A stretch of 64,000 nucleotides of DNA from Epithemia pelagica (Eukaryota; Protista; Bacillariophyta), in contig OX337235.1 of assembly GCA_946965045.2 (NCBI GenBank), positions 1,984,001 to 2,048,000 on the forward strand, given 5' to 3'. The notes beneath the pieces were generated by a model that did no database searches, was not told the origin of the DNA, and saw only the letters and a list, made by a program, of their open reading frames with translations. Of the stretch, positions 45,301 to 56,000 are shown piece after piece (position 1 is the first letter of the stretch; each line of letters begins with the position of its first letter). A program made the translations under genes and the position numbers.

Positions 45301-46254
45301 GACTTGTTGATGTTGCCTGTCTCTGTCTTGGATGAGACAACGAAGGTAGGAGCCTCAGGCATCATCCTGGATTTTATGGTACTACACGGGTTGTTGATTT
45401 GGGACGTACAAGATGAGATGTACAAACCTGCCGATACCTGGGAGGACAAGTGGTTGTTCATTGTGGGGGATGGGTTGTCCATAGACAGACTCTTTCAATT
45501 TTTTGACGATGTGATGGCTATCACTGATGCCAAGTCGTCCTCCTTCCGAGCAGCCTACAAACAAGCCATCAGCATCAACCAAGTGCTGCATAGGGTCGTA
45601 CCGATAAATGGCGATCTACATGTACGGTTCCACATGTTGGATTCCATATTTTGCTTGTTTTATGGAGGCTTACTGCAATGCATCCAACACCGATTGCAGT
45701 GGAAGCGGATAAACGGTGGAGACGTGACGAAAAGTTACAGACAAGCCCATCGTTTAGCTGTGATTGCGTACGAAGAACTTGACAGATTAGTTATGGACGC
45801 TTTTGTGTTTTGGGAATGGAAGCAGGACAGAGTTGATATGTATCTTGATCATGGCCGAGAAGAGGAACTTGCAACGGTCATTGCCAAGGAGTATCTGGCT
45901 TTCCTTGGAAGACAAGTGGCCAAAAGCAAGCACTGGTTGACCGTACTCTCATGCAATTTCCTGTTAATCATGCGAAAATACCAAATGTTCAAGGAGGCAG
46001 AACTACAAGGAGACGCACTGACCATGGAATGTATGGTAGTCGAATTTCTACCCATTTTCTACATTGCAAAGAAGACAAACTCGTTCAGTACGCAGTTGCG
46101 TCTTATTGAACTATACTACCAACGCCTTCCGCCACACATTCTACACCAAATACGTGTGAATCGAACGAAACGACAAAAAACCACTCCCTGTGGCTATCCT
46201 AACAAAAGTGCCATAGACCAGATCATGGAAAGGCTCATGCCCTTGAAGCCATAA
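42310..46254 (+). CDS. Academ-type DDE transposase, main part (1314 aa from the first ATG)
   Basis: GVFDNLQ, FIVGDGLSIDR, NGDLHVRFHM and AIDQIME give the spaced D..D..H..D/E pattern of Academ transposases; lies inside the TIRs. Confidence 0.72.
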   Translation: MSSSSSHKRRRWSQQDIRKLYGSQGTSESHPSHSSESVKEPNNKGIAKASTASNTNDNRTSVSLPSSHSSLPFSTSNETKKKNQEVARTSQDEPSTFCGSATASDLSTIPSTVDPLKQASPNTSHAASSLIQLSSSRPNPETEAVIASSASVHTRISSSVFNLWHRRGSVSLIEFGTQSSPPKKLNLLPAIERSARPVTTATENQQLPDRTTNTEVDEEEIPTLNPQDDVSILNPTPLEVAIPTHALPDPNEEEEEEAQTNEAPAFCLTKAPPKVSVAAAQKSLVSHQQPVNLRGHVKNVTEGAFLLQLRRIHPLPCKYPGRSTKLNAPLVVVTAEADKRKQNKLSLVSNNCSLIMRQAKNYTSGVSRSPTGTSKQKRFDKEGPSKKRKHQNTTSSDPDSKPSGGKPSLQLVTSFALRTLVLEDLWFVQEGLPIVLFFHDESLPPRYSKKWQEIWEETLQSDYIPSVQYQGRTFKQLVGWVHGNPDVKHVTGDSKRYENIVEALSEFQQHALQLKFPVISPFSEWNLTMPPKHCLQEKLGWFEYFHFPESIFLQADYHPERRWQSIFKMLKADTDDRVTLLHRLIQETQGDRFMLSELRGIWERLAQTALASKTKEENEKALAKAMEEATSTTSQLNQPLIVPDVVEAFCSKVDATLVDRLESCFGRFNNMFDVILSEYETRCLVMEFERALPQQFEAIMSFCGYNKKLQSVPASERDFVRLRYTLDAFFQFVVRARNHNNHLLVPFATIFALAQYACGHPLFATQIPVWFGISVSKRTMERCIESWMQSYDERLRNSLKNVTFLMGVFDNLQDGRALQFQQGQSAIYTRVTARFIMQMYLAKFPAWAYSFTERPILTYIAQDIPAPYQLPALEFVKPGSLSTLITSIFLGRYPVECGPAGSPFDCSGTRVRHYQQLYKCCRELGTVKRFLSTKRRANRMDADYTLQPWEFAYSGVRASINNAMNKLRKPKATNLFELAKQFPSVMVRTWRGEPPVADLLMLPVSVLDETTKVGASGIILDFMVLHGLLIWDVQDEMYKPADTWEDKWLFIVGDGLSIDRLFQFFDDVMAITDAKSSSFRAAYKQAISINQVLHRVVPINGDLHVRFHMLDSIFCLFYGGLLQCIQHRLQWKRINGGDVTKSYRQAHRLAVIAYEELDRLVMDAFVFWEWKQDRVDMYLDHGREEELATVIAKEYLAFLGRQVAKSKHWLTVLSCNFLLIMRKYQMFKEAELQGDALTMECMVVEFLPIFYIAKKTNSFSTQLRLIELYYQRLPPHILHQIRVNRTKRQKTTPCGYPNKSAIDQIMERLMPLKP

Positions 46255-47545
46255 TGGGACTGAGGCGGCGTTTGTCCGAGTATCGAGAATGTTAACCGCT
46301 TGCCAGCGGTCTAAACATTTTGTGGAATTTTATACGAGGAACCGCGTGGATGGCGAATATGAATTGGCGGAAAGAAAAGCAGAATCGAACAAAGGAGGAT
46401 CGGACGAAAGCAAGGAAGGCTCCCAACCAAGCAAGCCGCCGGCTATGGCAGACCCTGGGCAGCGGCATAAATGCACGACAAACCCTGTCAACGAAATAAA
46501 CCGCATTCTCGTAACAGAGATCCTGACTTTGGCAGGGTGTCATGAGTTTGCACCAAAAGAGCTTGTCGAGGTGGACAAGGACCACTTCTGGCGTGTCTTA
46601 GATCGCACTTCCCTTCAAGTCCAAAAGAAAGTAAGGAGAAAGGGTGACGGTAAAGTCAAGGAGGATGCCACAGACCAGTACATCATCGTACAGGTTCATA
46701 ACATGGTCGGCAAGGGTGGCGACGAAAGAGTTGAGAGTTCTGCCAAGGACGACGAACCGAAGGATGACGAAACAAGAGACAGTAGCAAGTCGGGAAAGGA
46801 TGACAACGATACATCAATTATAGACCTGGAACAAGAAATGCAAGCCGAGCAAAGTAAACAGGACGATGATCTTTCATACTTTAGTGACTCCAGAGACTTG
46901 GCGATAAATGTTGAGCACGAGTATGACACAGGATTTGGTGGAGCACAACGAGATTCAGTGATCACAAGTGTCAGTGAATTGCCAGATGTTGGGGAAAGCG
47001 ATCCCACGGAGGCAGTTGATGACGAAAATATTGATTCGATGGGGATAGAAGAAAGGAATGACGAGACAGTGGACGAAGATGAGCCACTAACTGAAACACA
47101 AGTAGAAGACCTTGTAGCTGATTGCGTGGATGATGATGAAGAAGATGGAACCATCAATGACGATGGTACAGAGGAAGAAGAAGACAATGAGGATGAGAGA
47201 AAAGGGGATGTTAACAGTAGTGGTTTGCGAGAGAAGAACAGTGTAAAAGGGATGAAAACCGTAGAAATGAACCCATTGGCTACAAGAGACATCGTGGCTG
47301 TGGCACTAGAGGATATATCGGAAAAAAATGTTGTTACTGCCCGACAAAGAGATGTGGAACGGAAAGAGAGAGAAAATTTCTTCCTCCGTAATAGACTTTT
47401 TGAAAGACTGGAGGAAATGGAAGAGGAAGGCATGGACTTGAGTTGGAAGGAGGTGGATGACAGTGGCACCGACCAAGGCGAGCGCATGGACCGTGCTCTG
47501 CATTCATTTGAAAAGTATAAGAGCATCTTTACAACTATCGGCTAA
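46248..47545 (+). CDS. Probable frameshifted C-terminal continuation of the Academ transposase (acidic tail)
   Basis: The +1 frame is open from SHNGTEAAFVRVSRMLTAC, overlapping the stop of the upstream ORF; no GT-AG intron evident. Confidence 0.6.
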
Positions 47546-47568
47546 ATTAAACTAGTTATGTTATGTAA

Positions 47569-49734
47569 TCATGTAGTGTCCAGAAATCGAAACCCTTTCC
47601 ACGCCAAGTCGTCGTTTAGGCGTGGATTCCCATTCGAGCAGTACCCAAGTTTGGCCTTTAGGACCAGTCCATCTACATCAGATTCCAAGAGCCCGGCCGC
47701 AAAGCACTTTAGGATAACAGCTTTCGTCCTTTGCCGAACAGTCCGATTGTTCTTAAGGCCCAGGACGTCCTTAGCAAGTGGCTTTCTCGGCTTTCCATCG
47801 GCTCCTGGTATCTCGAAATCAATCATTGAATTTAGAAATACATCCTTATGGAGGACCAATTTGGACGATGGGAGTTTGTTGGTGATGAAGACCGCAATGA
47901 AGAACGATCGCAGATGACCTTTATGGACTGGGGCGTCAAGAGGGGTTGATATACGTGGGACACGGCAACGCCAACAAACACCTCCACAGGTTTGCTGCAG
48001 GTCACAAACAGATTCGTGATGAGGATGTAACATAGACTGCTCCAGGGCATAATGGACGCAAGTCCCATCATCAAGACAAACCAAACGAAGAACCTGGAGA
48101 GCATTTTGCCATTGTCGTTTAGCCAGCGCATCTTGTCGCAGCATTACGGATTCAGACGTGGAATCGGGTTGCGCCGTTTCCAGAATAGTATTGTTTGGAG
48201 CTTCTTGGGTGGCTGCGTATTTTGGCAGTATGAAAATCCGTGTGAGCAAGGAAACAAAGCTGTTGAGGGAAATGACCATACAAAATGACGAAGTTTCCGG
48301 CGTTGCTGTCGGCGACCGTCCACACCTCCCAGAGCACTGGAGAAGATCCTCAAGTGTTGGTGGGAATCCATGGAACAAAACTTTGTCCACCTCATGGCAG
48401 TCCAGACCGGCGCTTGTGGTGGCAGCAGTAGCAAAATAAGCAGCGGGATTGAAGCGCAGTTCACGGCCGGAATGTGGACACGTAGCAACTAATGGCTGGC
48501 CAGCAAACAGTTCCGTGTTATGGAACTTTTGTTCTCTATACATGTTTCCATGTACAAGAACAATGTCTTTTTGAATCCCAAGTCGGTTAAATTCCATTCG
48601 AGCTTCCTGATGAAGATGCATAATGCCTTTGCGAGAGTTTGAATAAACGATAAGTTTCCGATTTCCGTTCGTCCGGCAGATTGATACAAGATCAGCTTTG
48701 ACGCGTCGAAGAGGAGAGTCCTTGAAGGTTATGTCGATAAAGATGTTTCGACGTTGCACCCCTGAATGGTGGAATGGCCAAAGAAAGTCGCTCTGTGGAT
48801 CGAAAGATAAGCCTGTTAAAAGTTGTAGGTCATTCACCATGGACAGCAAAGCTGTGGCTGTCATGAAAAGTAGGGGGATAGGAATGACCGAAACTTTTTG
48901 GAGTTTGTTGATAAAAGTGGATTGGAGGGCTCCAAACTCCTGCCGGAATTCAATCCCATGACCGGCGTAAAGATGGCATTCATCAATTGCTACAAGTCGT
49001 AAGGCCCCTCTACGTGCACAGTTGACAAGAGTTTTCTGCCAAGAAGGATCGTTTGCAATCTTCTGGGGAGAAGAAAACAACATCACTCTTGTCTTTAATG
49101 ATGGGTTTTTTGCAAGGGACTCAAGGGCATATCGCAATGTGAAGTTTACATTCCGGGAACGAACCACATCGAGGTTGAAGACGCGTACCCGGGACGAAAG
49201 TTCTTGCTTCGAAACAACTTGTAGTAGCTTCTCAGTTTGGTCAGCTGACAAACTGAGAAGCGGAACGATTGTTAACGTAATGCCCCCACAAAGGAATCCG
49301 CATACATCTCGAACCGACGATTTGCCGCCACCCGTCGACCGAACAAGAAGAAGAGGCCGAAGCGGGGACGTTGGAGTGGGTATGGTATGGCGTTGGAGTA
49401 CTTCAATGCAGGCTTCAAGTTGCCAAGGGCGAGTCGTCTTGCCATGCCAATCGGAAAATGCCTGGTGGATCGCAGTTTCGAGCCAATGGGAAGCTTCTGT
49501 TTGGTCGGTGGAGGTGCGTGGGAGGCTTGCGGATGGTTGGATCGAAAGGAGAGGTTGAATGGATGGATGAAAAGGATGGTCATCCGCTTCGTTGTTGCGT
49601 TGGTTCTTGGAGGTGGTATGCCGATCATGGAGGGACTCGCCGTGGCGGGGTTCGGAGGCAACCGCTGATCCAGGATGGTCGAGTGGGGTAAGGGAGACGC
49701 GTTGGTCATCTTGGGTCGAGTTGGGGACGTTCAT
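47569..49734 (-). CDS. RecQ-like SF2 helicase of the AcademH element (721 aa from the ATG at 49734)
   Basis: STGGGKS (I), IVPLLSLSADQ (Ia), VAIDECH (II), MTATA (III), SAGLDCHEVDKV (V), QCSGRCGR (VI) and a Cys cluster (C..CGGVCWRC) resembling the RQC zinc site. Confidence 0.93.
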   Translation of the reverse strand: MNVPNSTQDDQRVSLTPLDHPGSAVASEPRHGESLHDRHTTSKNQRNNEADDHPFHPSIQPLLSIQPSASLPRTSTDQTEASHWLETAIHQAFSDWHGKTTRPWQLEACIEVLQRHTIPTPTSPLRPLLLVRSTGGGKSSVRDVCGFLCGGITLTIVPLLSLSADQTEKLLQVVSKQELSSRVRVFNLDVVRSRNVNFTLRYALESLAKNPSLKTRVMLFSSPQKIANDPSWQKTLVNCARRGALRLVAIDECHLYAGHGIEFRQEFGALQSTFINKLQKVSVIPIPLLFMTATALLSMVNDLQLLTGLSFDPQSDFLWPFHHSGVQRRNIFIDITFKDSPLRRVKADLVSICRTNGNRKLIVYSNSRKGIMHLHQEARMEFNRLGIQKDIVLVHGNMYREQKFHNTELFAGQPLVATCPHSGRELRFNPAAYFATAATTSAGLDCHEVDKVLFHGFPPTLEDLLQCSGRCGRSPTATPETSSFCMVISLNSFVSLLTRIFILPKYAATQEAPNNTILETAQPDSTSESVMLRQDALAKRQWQNALQVLRLVCLDDGTCVHYALEQSMLHPHHESVCDLQQTCGGVCWRCRVPRISTPLDAPVHKGHLRSFFIAVFITNKLPSSKLVLHKDVFLNSMIDFEIPGADGKPRKPLAKDVLGLKNNRTVRQRTKAVILKCFAAGLLESDVDGLVLKAKLGYCSNGNPRLNDDLAWKGFRFLDTT

Positions 49735-50200
49735 GGGTGATGTTATGACACTCTCAAGATTGGCTCCGTGGTGAATGTGTGGTGTGTTTTGGTGGTTTGT
49801 GTCAAAGTCGAGAAATCGCCAATTTTGGACCCTCGCGCCGTCGGGGTGAATAAGACTATGCACCTCGAATTCACGACACATGTGCGACCCGACTATTCAC
49901 CCCTACTTGGGGGTACCGTGACGTTTAGTTTACGCTCTGATAGGCTCTTTTCTCTTTTCTACTCAGAAGACCGGAAGCATGAAGCACGTGTCTCATCGAT
50001 TCTGTCGTCTGCGGTTGCTATTGTCATTTGAGGGTGCAGAATGCAGGATCCATTGCTTTCGAACAACGCATGACCCTTTTTCGTCTTCATAGACCTCATT
50101 CACCATATGCTAAGGTGATGATGATATTCTGAAAGTTATTGTGAGGAAAAAGAGTGTGCTCGAGGACTGACACGGTCTATCACGTCAAGTTGTATTGAGC

Positions 50201-51403
50201 ATGAACAACAACAATGCAACAGTTATGCATCGCCGAGAACGAGCTAGGCAAATCTACCGTGAAGTCGTATCTCAAAGGGACTTTCACCAAAACATTTTAT
50301 CTGCATTGGAAGAAGACCCACTGATCTTATGGGAGCCACTGCATGCCAGGAGCACACTCATGCACGCATCAGCAAGGTATCTTCGTCAAGAACAAGGTAG
50401 TGGACAACGCATTGCTGGACACGAAGGCGGATCGACTTTGTCGTCGAGTTCCAGGGGAGATTTGTGGAAATGGATTTTGCACAAAGCGTGCTGTCAAAAA
50501 GAGAACTTTTTACTTAAACAAGACAAGGCTGGAGAAACATGCATTGATTGTTTCATGTCGTCCTGGATACGGGCAAAAAAGGGAACGACCGACGTTGGCA
50601 AAGCTGTCGAACGAATTCTCGAATCGGACCGAAGCGTGTTCGCCTTGCGCTCCGTTTTGGTTTCACAAAAGAGCATCAAAGACACTTCTGGAGCCCATCG
50701 ACAAAAGATTTCTTCTCACTCGAGCGAAATTTTGATGGTGGCCCAGTTCTGCCTAGCCCTGGAATTGATCTGCCGAGCGGCCTGCCTTGGTAGCAAAGGC
50801 CTTGAAAACCTTGAAGATGATTTCTCTATTATCCCCTTTATTGCAGAAACCGGAAAATGCCCCGACATTGTCGCCCGTCTTCTTGTGCGACTGTACCCTG
50901 AACAAATAATTGAAAAAGACAACAACGGCTTTCTTCCTCTCCATTTATGGGCACTGGGTACCAAACAGTCAGACAGCGAACTCAGCCAAGAATTACTCGG
51001 TCCACTTCTTGGGGCTTGTCCTCAATCTGCCACATATCAGGACGACAAAGGACGTATTCCCCTTCACTTGGCGTTGGCCCACAAAAAGCCGCTGTTTCTG
51101 ATCGAGGTACTATGGACATGTGCGCCTCAGTCACTGGGGATACCGGATCCGGAAGCTGAACTTTATCCCTTTGCCTTGGCGGCCGTGGCATCGAGAAGTG
51201 AGCGCCGTGAACTTTCGCGAGGACGGGAGAAACGAGGCCCTTCGGTAAAGCTTTATGAGTGGTTGGACACAACAAGAGATGTAGAGGGTGCCGAGGAGGA
51301 AGCATCGGCCTATTTACTAGGGTCCATATACAATATGTTGCGGTCGTTTCCTCAGGCACTTCAAGACAGTCTTACGTATTCAAGAAACGATGACGATTCT
51401 TAA
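50201..51403 (+). CDS. Ankyrin-repeat-like protein
   Basis: Repeated ankyrin-like units (DNNGFLPLHLWA, DDKGRIPLHLAL, DPEAELYPFALAA); ATG at 50201. Confidence 0.6.
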   Translation: MNNNNATVMHRRERARQIYREVVSQRDFHQNILSALEEDPLILWEPLHARSTLMHASARYLRQEQGSGQRIAGHEGGSTLSSSSRGDLWKWILHKACCQKENFLLKQDKAGETCIDCFMSSWIRAKKGTTDVGKAVERILESDRSVFALRSVLVSQKSIKDTSGAHRQKISSHSSEILMVAQFCLALELICRAACLGSKGLENLEDDFSIIPFIAETGKCPDIVARLLVRLYPEQIIEKDNNGFLPLHLWALGTKQSDSELSQELLGPLLGACPQSATYQDDKGRIPLHLALAHKKPLFLIEVLWTCAPQSLGIPDPEAELYPFALAAVASRSERRELSRGREKRGPSVKLYEWLDTTRDVEGAEEEASAYLLGSIYNMLRSFPQALQDSLTYSRNDDDS

Positions 51404-52477
51404 TGTGATGTGCCATCGATAAGACACCAAAAAGGTGGCCAGATGCGCTCCATATTGAAGTTAGCAGGAATGTGTCTTATGGCTGTCGAGCGCTTCTTGT
51501 TTCTTCACCTAGCATTTCTATCGAGGGATGACGATCACTTCTCTGAGCTCATCCACCTACCGTAGGTATGTGACCAAACTCGAAAGCAAATAGAACGCTC
51601 CATATCCCAACTAGTTTCGTGTTTGGTGGTCTTCCTTCCTTCTCATCCCCATTCTTGCTTGGACGTTCTCTTGATAGGATGCATCTGATGAGAACATATG
51701 GATATGTCTTCGCTCCCGCCCGGTTAGTAATGTGCTGGAGCCTCATGGGGTTGCATGTGAACAGCATGCCGGGTTGATCCTGGCAACAACGGGTAGTGGC
51801 CAAGCAGCTGGATGTGTTGTCCTTTGGAACCAGTGACATTAAGGAACAGGCACCGTCTTTGCTTTCTGAGAATGCATCTGAACAGGACAAGTCACTTTTC
51901 CCAACTCCCAATGAAGGATCTAGCTAGCTGGGGAAATCCGTAACATTTACGTGCGCAGTTGGACTGTTCGATTTTTATTTCATGTACGATCCATCTGGCA
52001 GGTGTTCCCGGCTCTACAAGGACTATCTTGCGTGCGGACTGGGAGAAACTGGTTATGCCCGGGTTGCACCAGCAACTACTCCTAGGTAGGCAGCTATCAC
52101 ACCCCGGCACGGCATAGCACATCAGAACCACAAGGTTTGTTCAACCAATTGCGGATTGCGGAGTGTGGATTGTGGATGGAACAGTTCACCCAGAGTATAA
52201 GGCTCGCCATGCGTTCGGAAAGAGCCGACCCCTCTAAACGCTCCAAATAATTCTCCTGTGTACTGTTTAGATTAGTCAATTCTTCGTTTCTACAAAATGA
52301 ATAAATTTTTATCTTCAGTATGCGTTTTTTTGTATCCGTATAGCACTGTATGTACCAAACCAAGTTCGGAAGTATGAGAATTGAACCATAGAAACGAAAG
52401 AAGAGTCATGGGGGAGAGTACATTTCGGGCCAAAGGACGACAACAGAACACGGAGCATTTGCGTCCCACATTGAGAC

Positions 52478-52860
52478 CAGAGTTGTGAAGTACCAAATTA
52501 CCAATTTCACCAAATTATATCATTTTGTACTTTCTTTTACGGTAATTTGTCAAAGTCCAAGTACACCTTTCACAATCATTGATTTTAGCCCAAACTACGA
52601 AAGTCCCCCACCCCCTTTTCCAATTATCTCATTTAAATTACCAAATTACACCTGCCCCCAATTTCCATGTACTTTTATGTCCCAAAGTCCTTCCCCCCCC
52701 AATCCACGACGGTACTTCATGTATCCAATTCCCTTCCCAGAGTCACATGACCAGTACTTTAATTACCGAAGTCCATCCACATTACATCTCCTTATCGCCC
52801 AATAAGTACAAAATCACTCCTCATCTCACCCAATAGGTACTTCTCATTCCCCAACCATTC
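52478..52860. repeat. Left subterminal AAGTAC/GTACTT array of the hAT element
   Basis: About 8 copies in both orientations in AT-rich sequence. Confidence 0.8.
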
Positions 52861-53061
52861 ATTGACATCTCCAATATTCCAAATGATCACATACAAACGA
52901 TGAGAGAACAGATGAGATATGAGGCCTGAGGGTCATCGTTCATCTGCACCTCTGCTTTGTGCTACCTCAAAAACACACCCGTGAATGTGTTTCCAACTGA
53001 TCTTCCACAGTGTCCGCTCCCCAATCTTCATTGTTCCCATTCCAGCTTGCTTAAGAACTCA

Positions 53062-56000
53062 ATGTCTGACGACGACGAAGCAGCAGCCCCAGATCCTGGT
53101 CCTCATGACAAAATTGTGGAACAGAAGGACCAAGTTGACGAAGAGCATCTACCCCCTGCCAAGAAAACGGTGAAAAAGAAGAATCCTGGATCGAAAACAA
53201 AGAAGAAGTCTCCTCAACTGGTCAGGAAACCATCGGCTTTGGAGAAGAAAAAGAAAGCAGTCGATGCTGACTTTGCTCAAGTTGCCCAGACTACGGAACA
53301 ATTTCACCAAGAAGAAAAGGATCTCATCCCACTCATCGATGGCAAGTTTACGCCCTTCATAAGCTACGGCAGAAACACCTCCCCATATTGGAAATGGGTG
53401 ACTCACGTTGACTGGTTGAAATTCGAGTTGTTTTTGGTTGAACAACAAGAGAAAGGAACACTCGAAGACCTTCCTGGCGCTCGCGATGGTTTCGACAAGC
53501 TGGTTGCCGCTTTTGAGGACTTAGTGAAGATTGGAGAAGACTCCTTCATGAACACCGCGGAAAAACGAAAACCCATAGTTGCAAAAGAACGATACTCTCT
53601 TATTTGCAAGACAGCCGTTATCTGTCCACTCTGTTTCAACACTGGTTCAAAACCATTGAATGAATGCGTCATCTTATGCAGTCATTACAAACCTTCGAAC
53701 GTTGACCAACATGTTCTGAAGCACCACAAAGGATTGGATGAAGAAATTAAGAACAACAAAAAAACTTCTGACAAACAATCGACGCTGTCGACTTTCCGCC
53801 AGAATACGACGAAATCTGAAGCCAAGTCTCAGCTGCAGACCTTGATATACCGTTTTGTGAACGACTGTTGCTTACCCGCAGTGACAGTTGAGAAACCACA
53901 ATTTCGCGAACTCATACAATACGCCATCAAAAACGCGACAGCACTCAAGGATAGCCATGCTGAGATTATGAGCCGACGTCAGATTACGAAAGTACGAATC
54001 TCCTCGTACAAACAATTCTTTATCACGGTCGGCCATCTTATACGCAAGAGCCGTGACGAATACAAGCGTCTGTGTGCGCAATCTGTACCATTCGTGACCT
54101 GCTGTCACGATATATGGCAAGCAAAGAACCATGACGTTCTCGGTGTCACCATCATGTTTACCGACCCGAGAAATTGCGTGGTATATAAAATTCCAATTGG
54201 GTTGGCAGAGTGTCACGGGCATGCTGCCACCGACGTGGCCAATTTGACCGACTCCCTTCTACTGAGTGTTGGTCTTTCCACCGCTGACCTATGTGCTGCT
54301 GTCAACGATAATACTTCATCTGCCGTTTTGGCGGGTAAGTATATCATTGGCAATCCCGACAAAACTGGCAAGTGCGATATGCACAAGGCCGAGCTCGTGT
54401 TAAAACACGCTACTGGCTTGGTACAACGCTACCAAAATCGCATTTTGATAGATTCCAACGACTCTTTTTGTGATCTATGGAGGAGTGTTTTCAAGAAATT
54501 TGCGAGCTGGTTGACCTCCAGCAAGGCACCACACCGGTGGGAACGATTGAAGGATGGAGTCAAGAAATTTGGTGGCAAAATTGTCCTGATCCCCTTGCCA
54601 AATGACACCCGGGTTGGGGGGCTTGTTCTGTCAATTCACAACTTGTTTCGCGATAAGCCCTGCATGGATGAATATTGTAAGACAGCCACTCTAAGCGACC
54701 CCAATTTCAAGAAGCGGTATCCCTCAGAGGACGAATGGTTGCAACTCGCGCAATACGAAGGCATCCTAACCAACATAAAGATGGTCGCAATGAAATTACA
54801 GACCGATGATCCTGGTTCCAACTCCGCCTCTCTTCTGGAAATTTACACTTCTTTCTACCATGCTCAAAGAATGAGAATGGAAGGTCCCGACTGTGGTGTT
54901 GGGTGTTTGTTGCGACCCAATAAACCTCAAAAGTATTGGGACGCTAGAAAAAGTATTGACGACTTGGATGAGGCACGGAGAGCCATTCCATACAAAGATC
55001 TCTATCCTGGGCCCAGATTGTTGGTGAGACGAATCATCCAAGAGTTTCGCTACTATTTGTACAATCGGGATCCGGACGCTTTAAAAGCCGTTGGATGCAA
55101 TCCCCTTTTGGCAAATGTATATGCCGACATGTTTGTAAATTTCGGTGTATACGATCAAGACAACGTGAAGGAAGGTCGCACTATCATAATCAACGACATG
55201 ATAGACCGCTTCACTAACCATCGGGTCTCGGCTATTGGAGCTGCGATGACGTCTCAAAACAAGAAAACATCTGACTCCTCGTCGGAATTGGTCGTCGAGC
55301 CGAATAGAGCCACTCTCAAATATAAGTCTATGGATGTATTTGAAAGAATGCGCAAAGCAAGTGACCTGAGAAAACAGGCACTACTGAATATAACTGGAAA
55401 AGCGTCCAAGGCCGGCGAAGAACAAGTTATACAACAAGCACTCAAAAAGGCATGCACAGAGTGCTATGACGACTTTCTCCGCCATTGCGAGTCACAAATT
55501 GACTTCAATTGGGCGGATATTATCAAACAATATCCAACGGAGGCTTATTCCAAGGAATGGCCGAAATGGGACGATGCTCAGAAGCAGATGTTTGCCCGAC
55601 ATTGTCACAGTCGTAACTATTTGGAAGTGGGTCGGTTCTTTGACTTAATGGGATGGTGGCGTAAACACTCAAGTAACTGGTCCTACGTGTTTCCATCCGC
55701 TATCGTGTGGTTGGCTAAACCGGCAACTAATGCGTTCCAAGAACGCATTTTCTCGATTGGCAGTTGGATGATGCAGAACAAGCTAATGTCGAATTTGGAC
55801 AGGAAGACAAATGAAATGCGCACAATGGAGCGTATAACACGACAGCTAGTGGCTGAAATCGAAAGTAACGAAAAGGACATCAAGGCAGGAAAGGGTACCA
55901 CGAAATCATACGATAAGCGAGAAATAGATCCTGATGACATGGCAATTAGCGCGGCGATTGAAGAGAGTTTGAAAGAACAAGACAACAAGTTTGCTGTGTC

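Larger units (their letters stand above)
42143..49915 (+). mobile_element. AcademH-type DNA transposon (transposase plus RecQ helicase, convergent), 7773 bp
   Basis: TA termini, imperfect TIRs of about 145 bp (first 21 nt 17/21 identical), 10-bp TSD CCGTGACGTT at 42133-42142 and 49916-49925. Helicase cargo with a 9-10 bp TSD is the defining AcademH combination. Confidence 0.88.
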
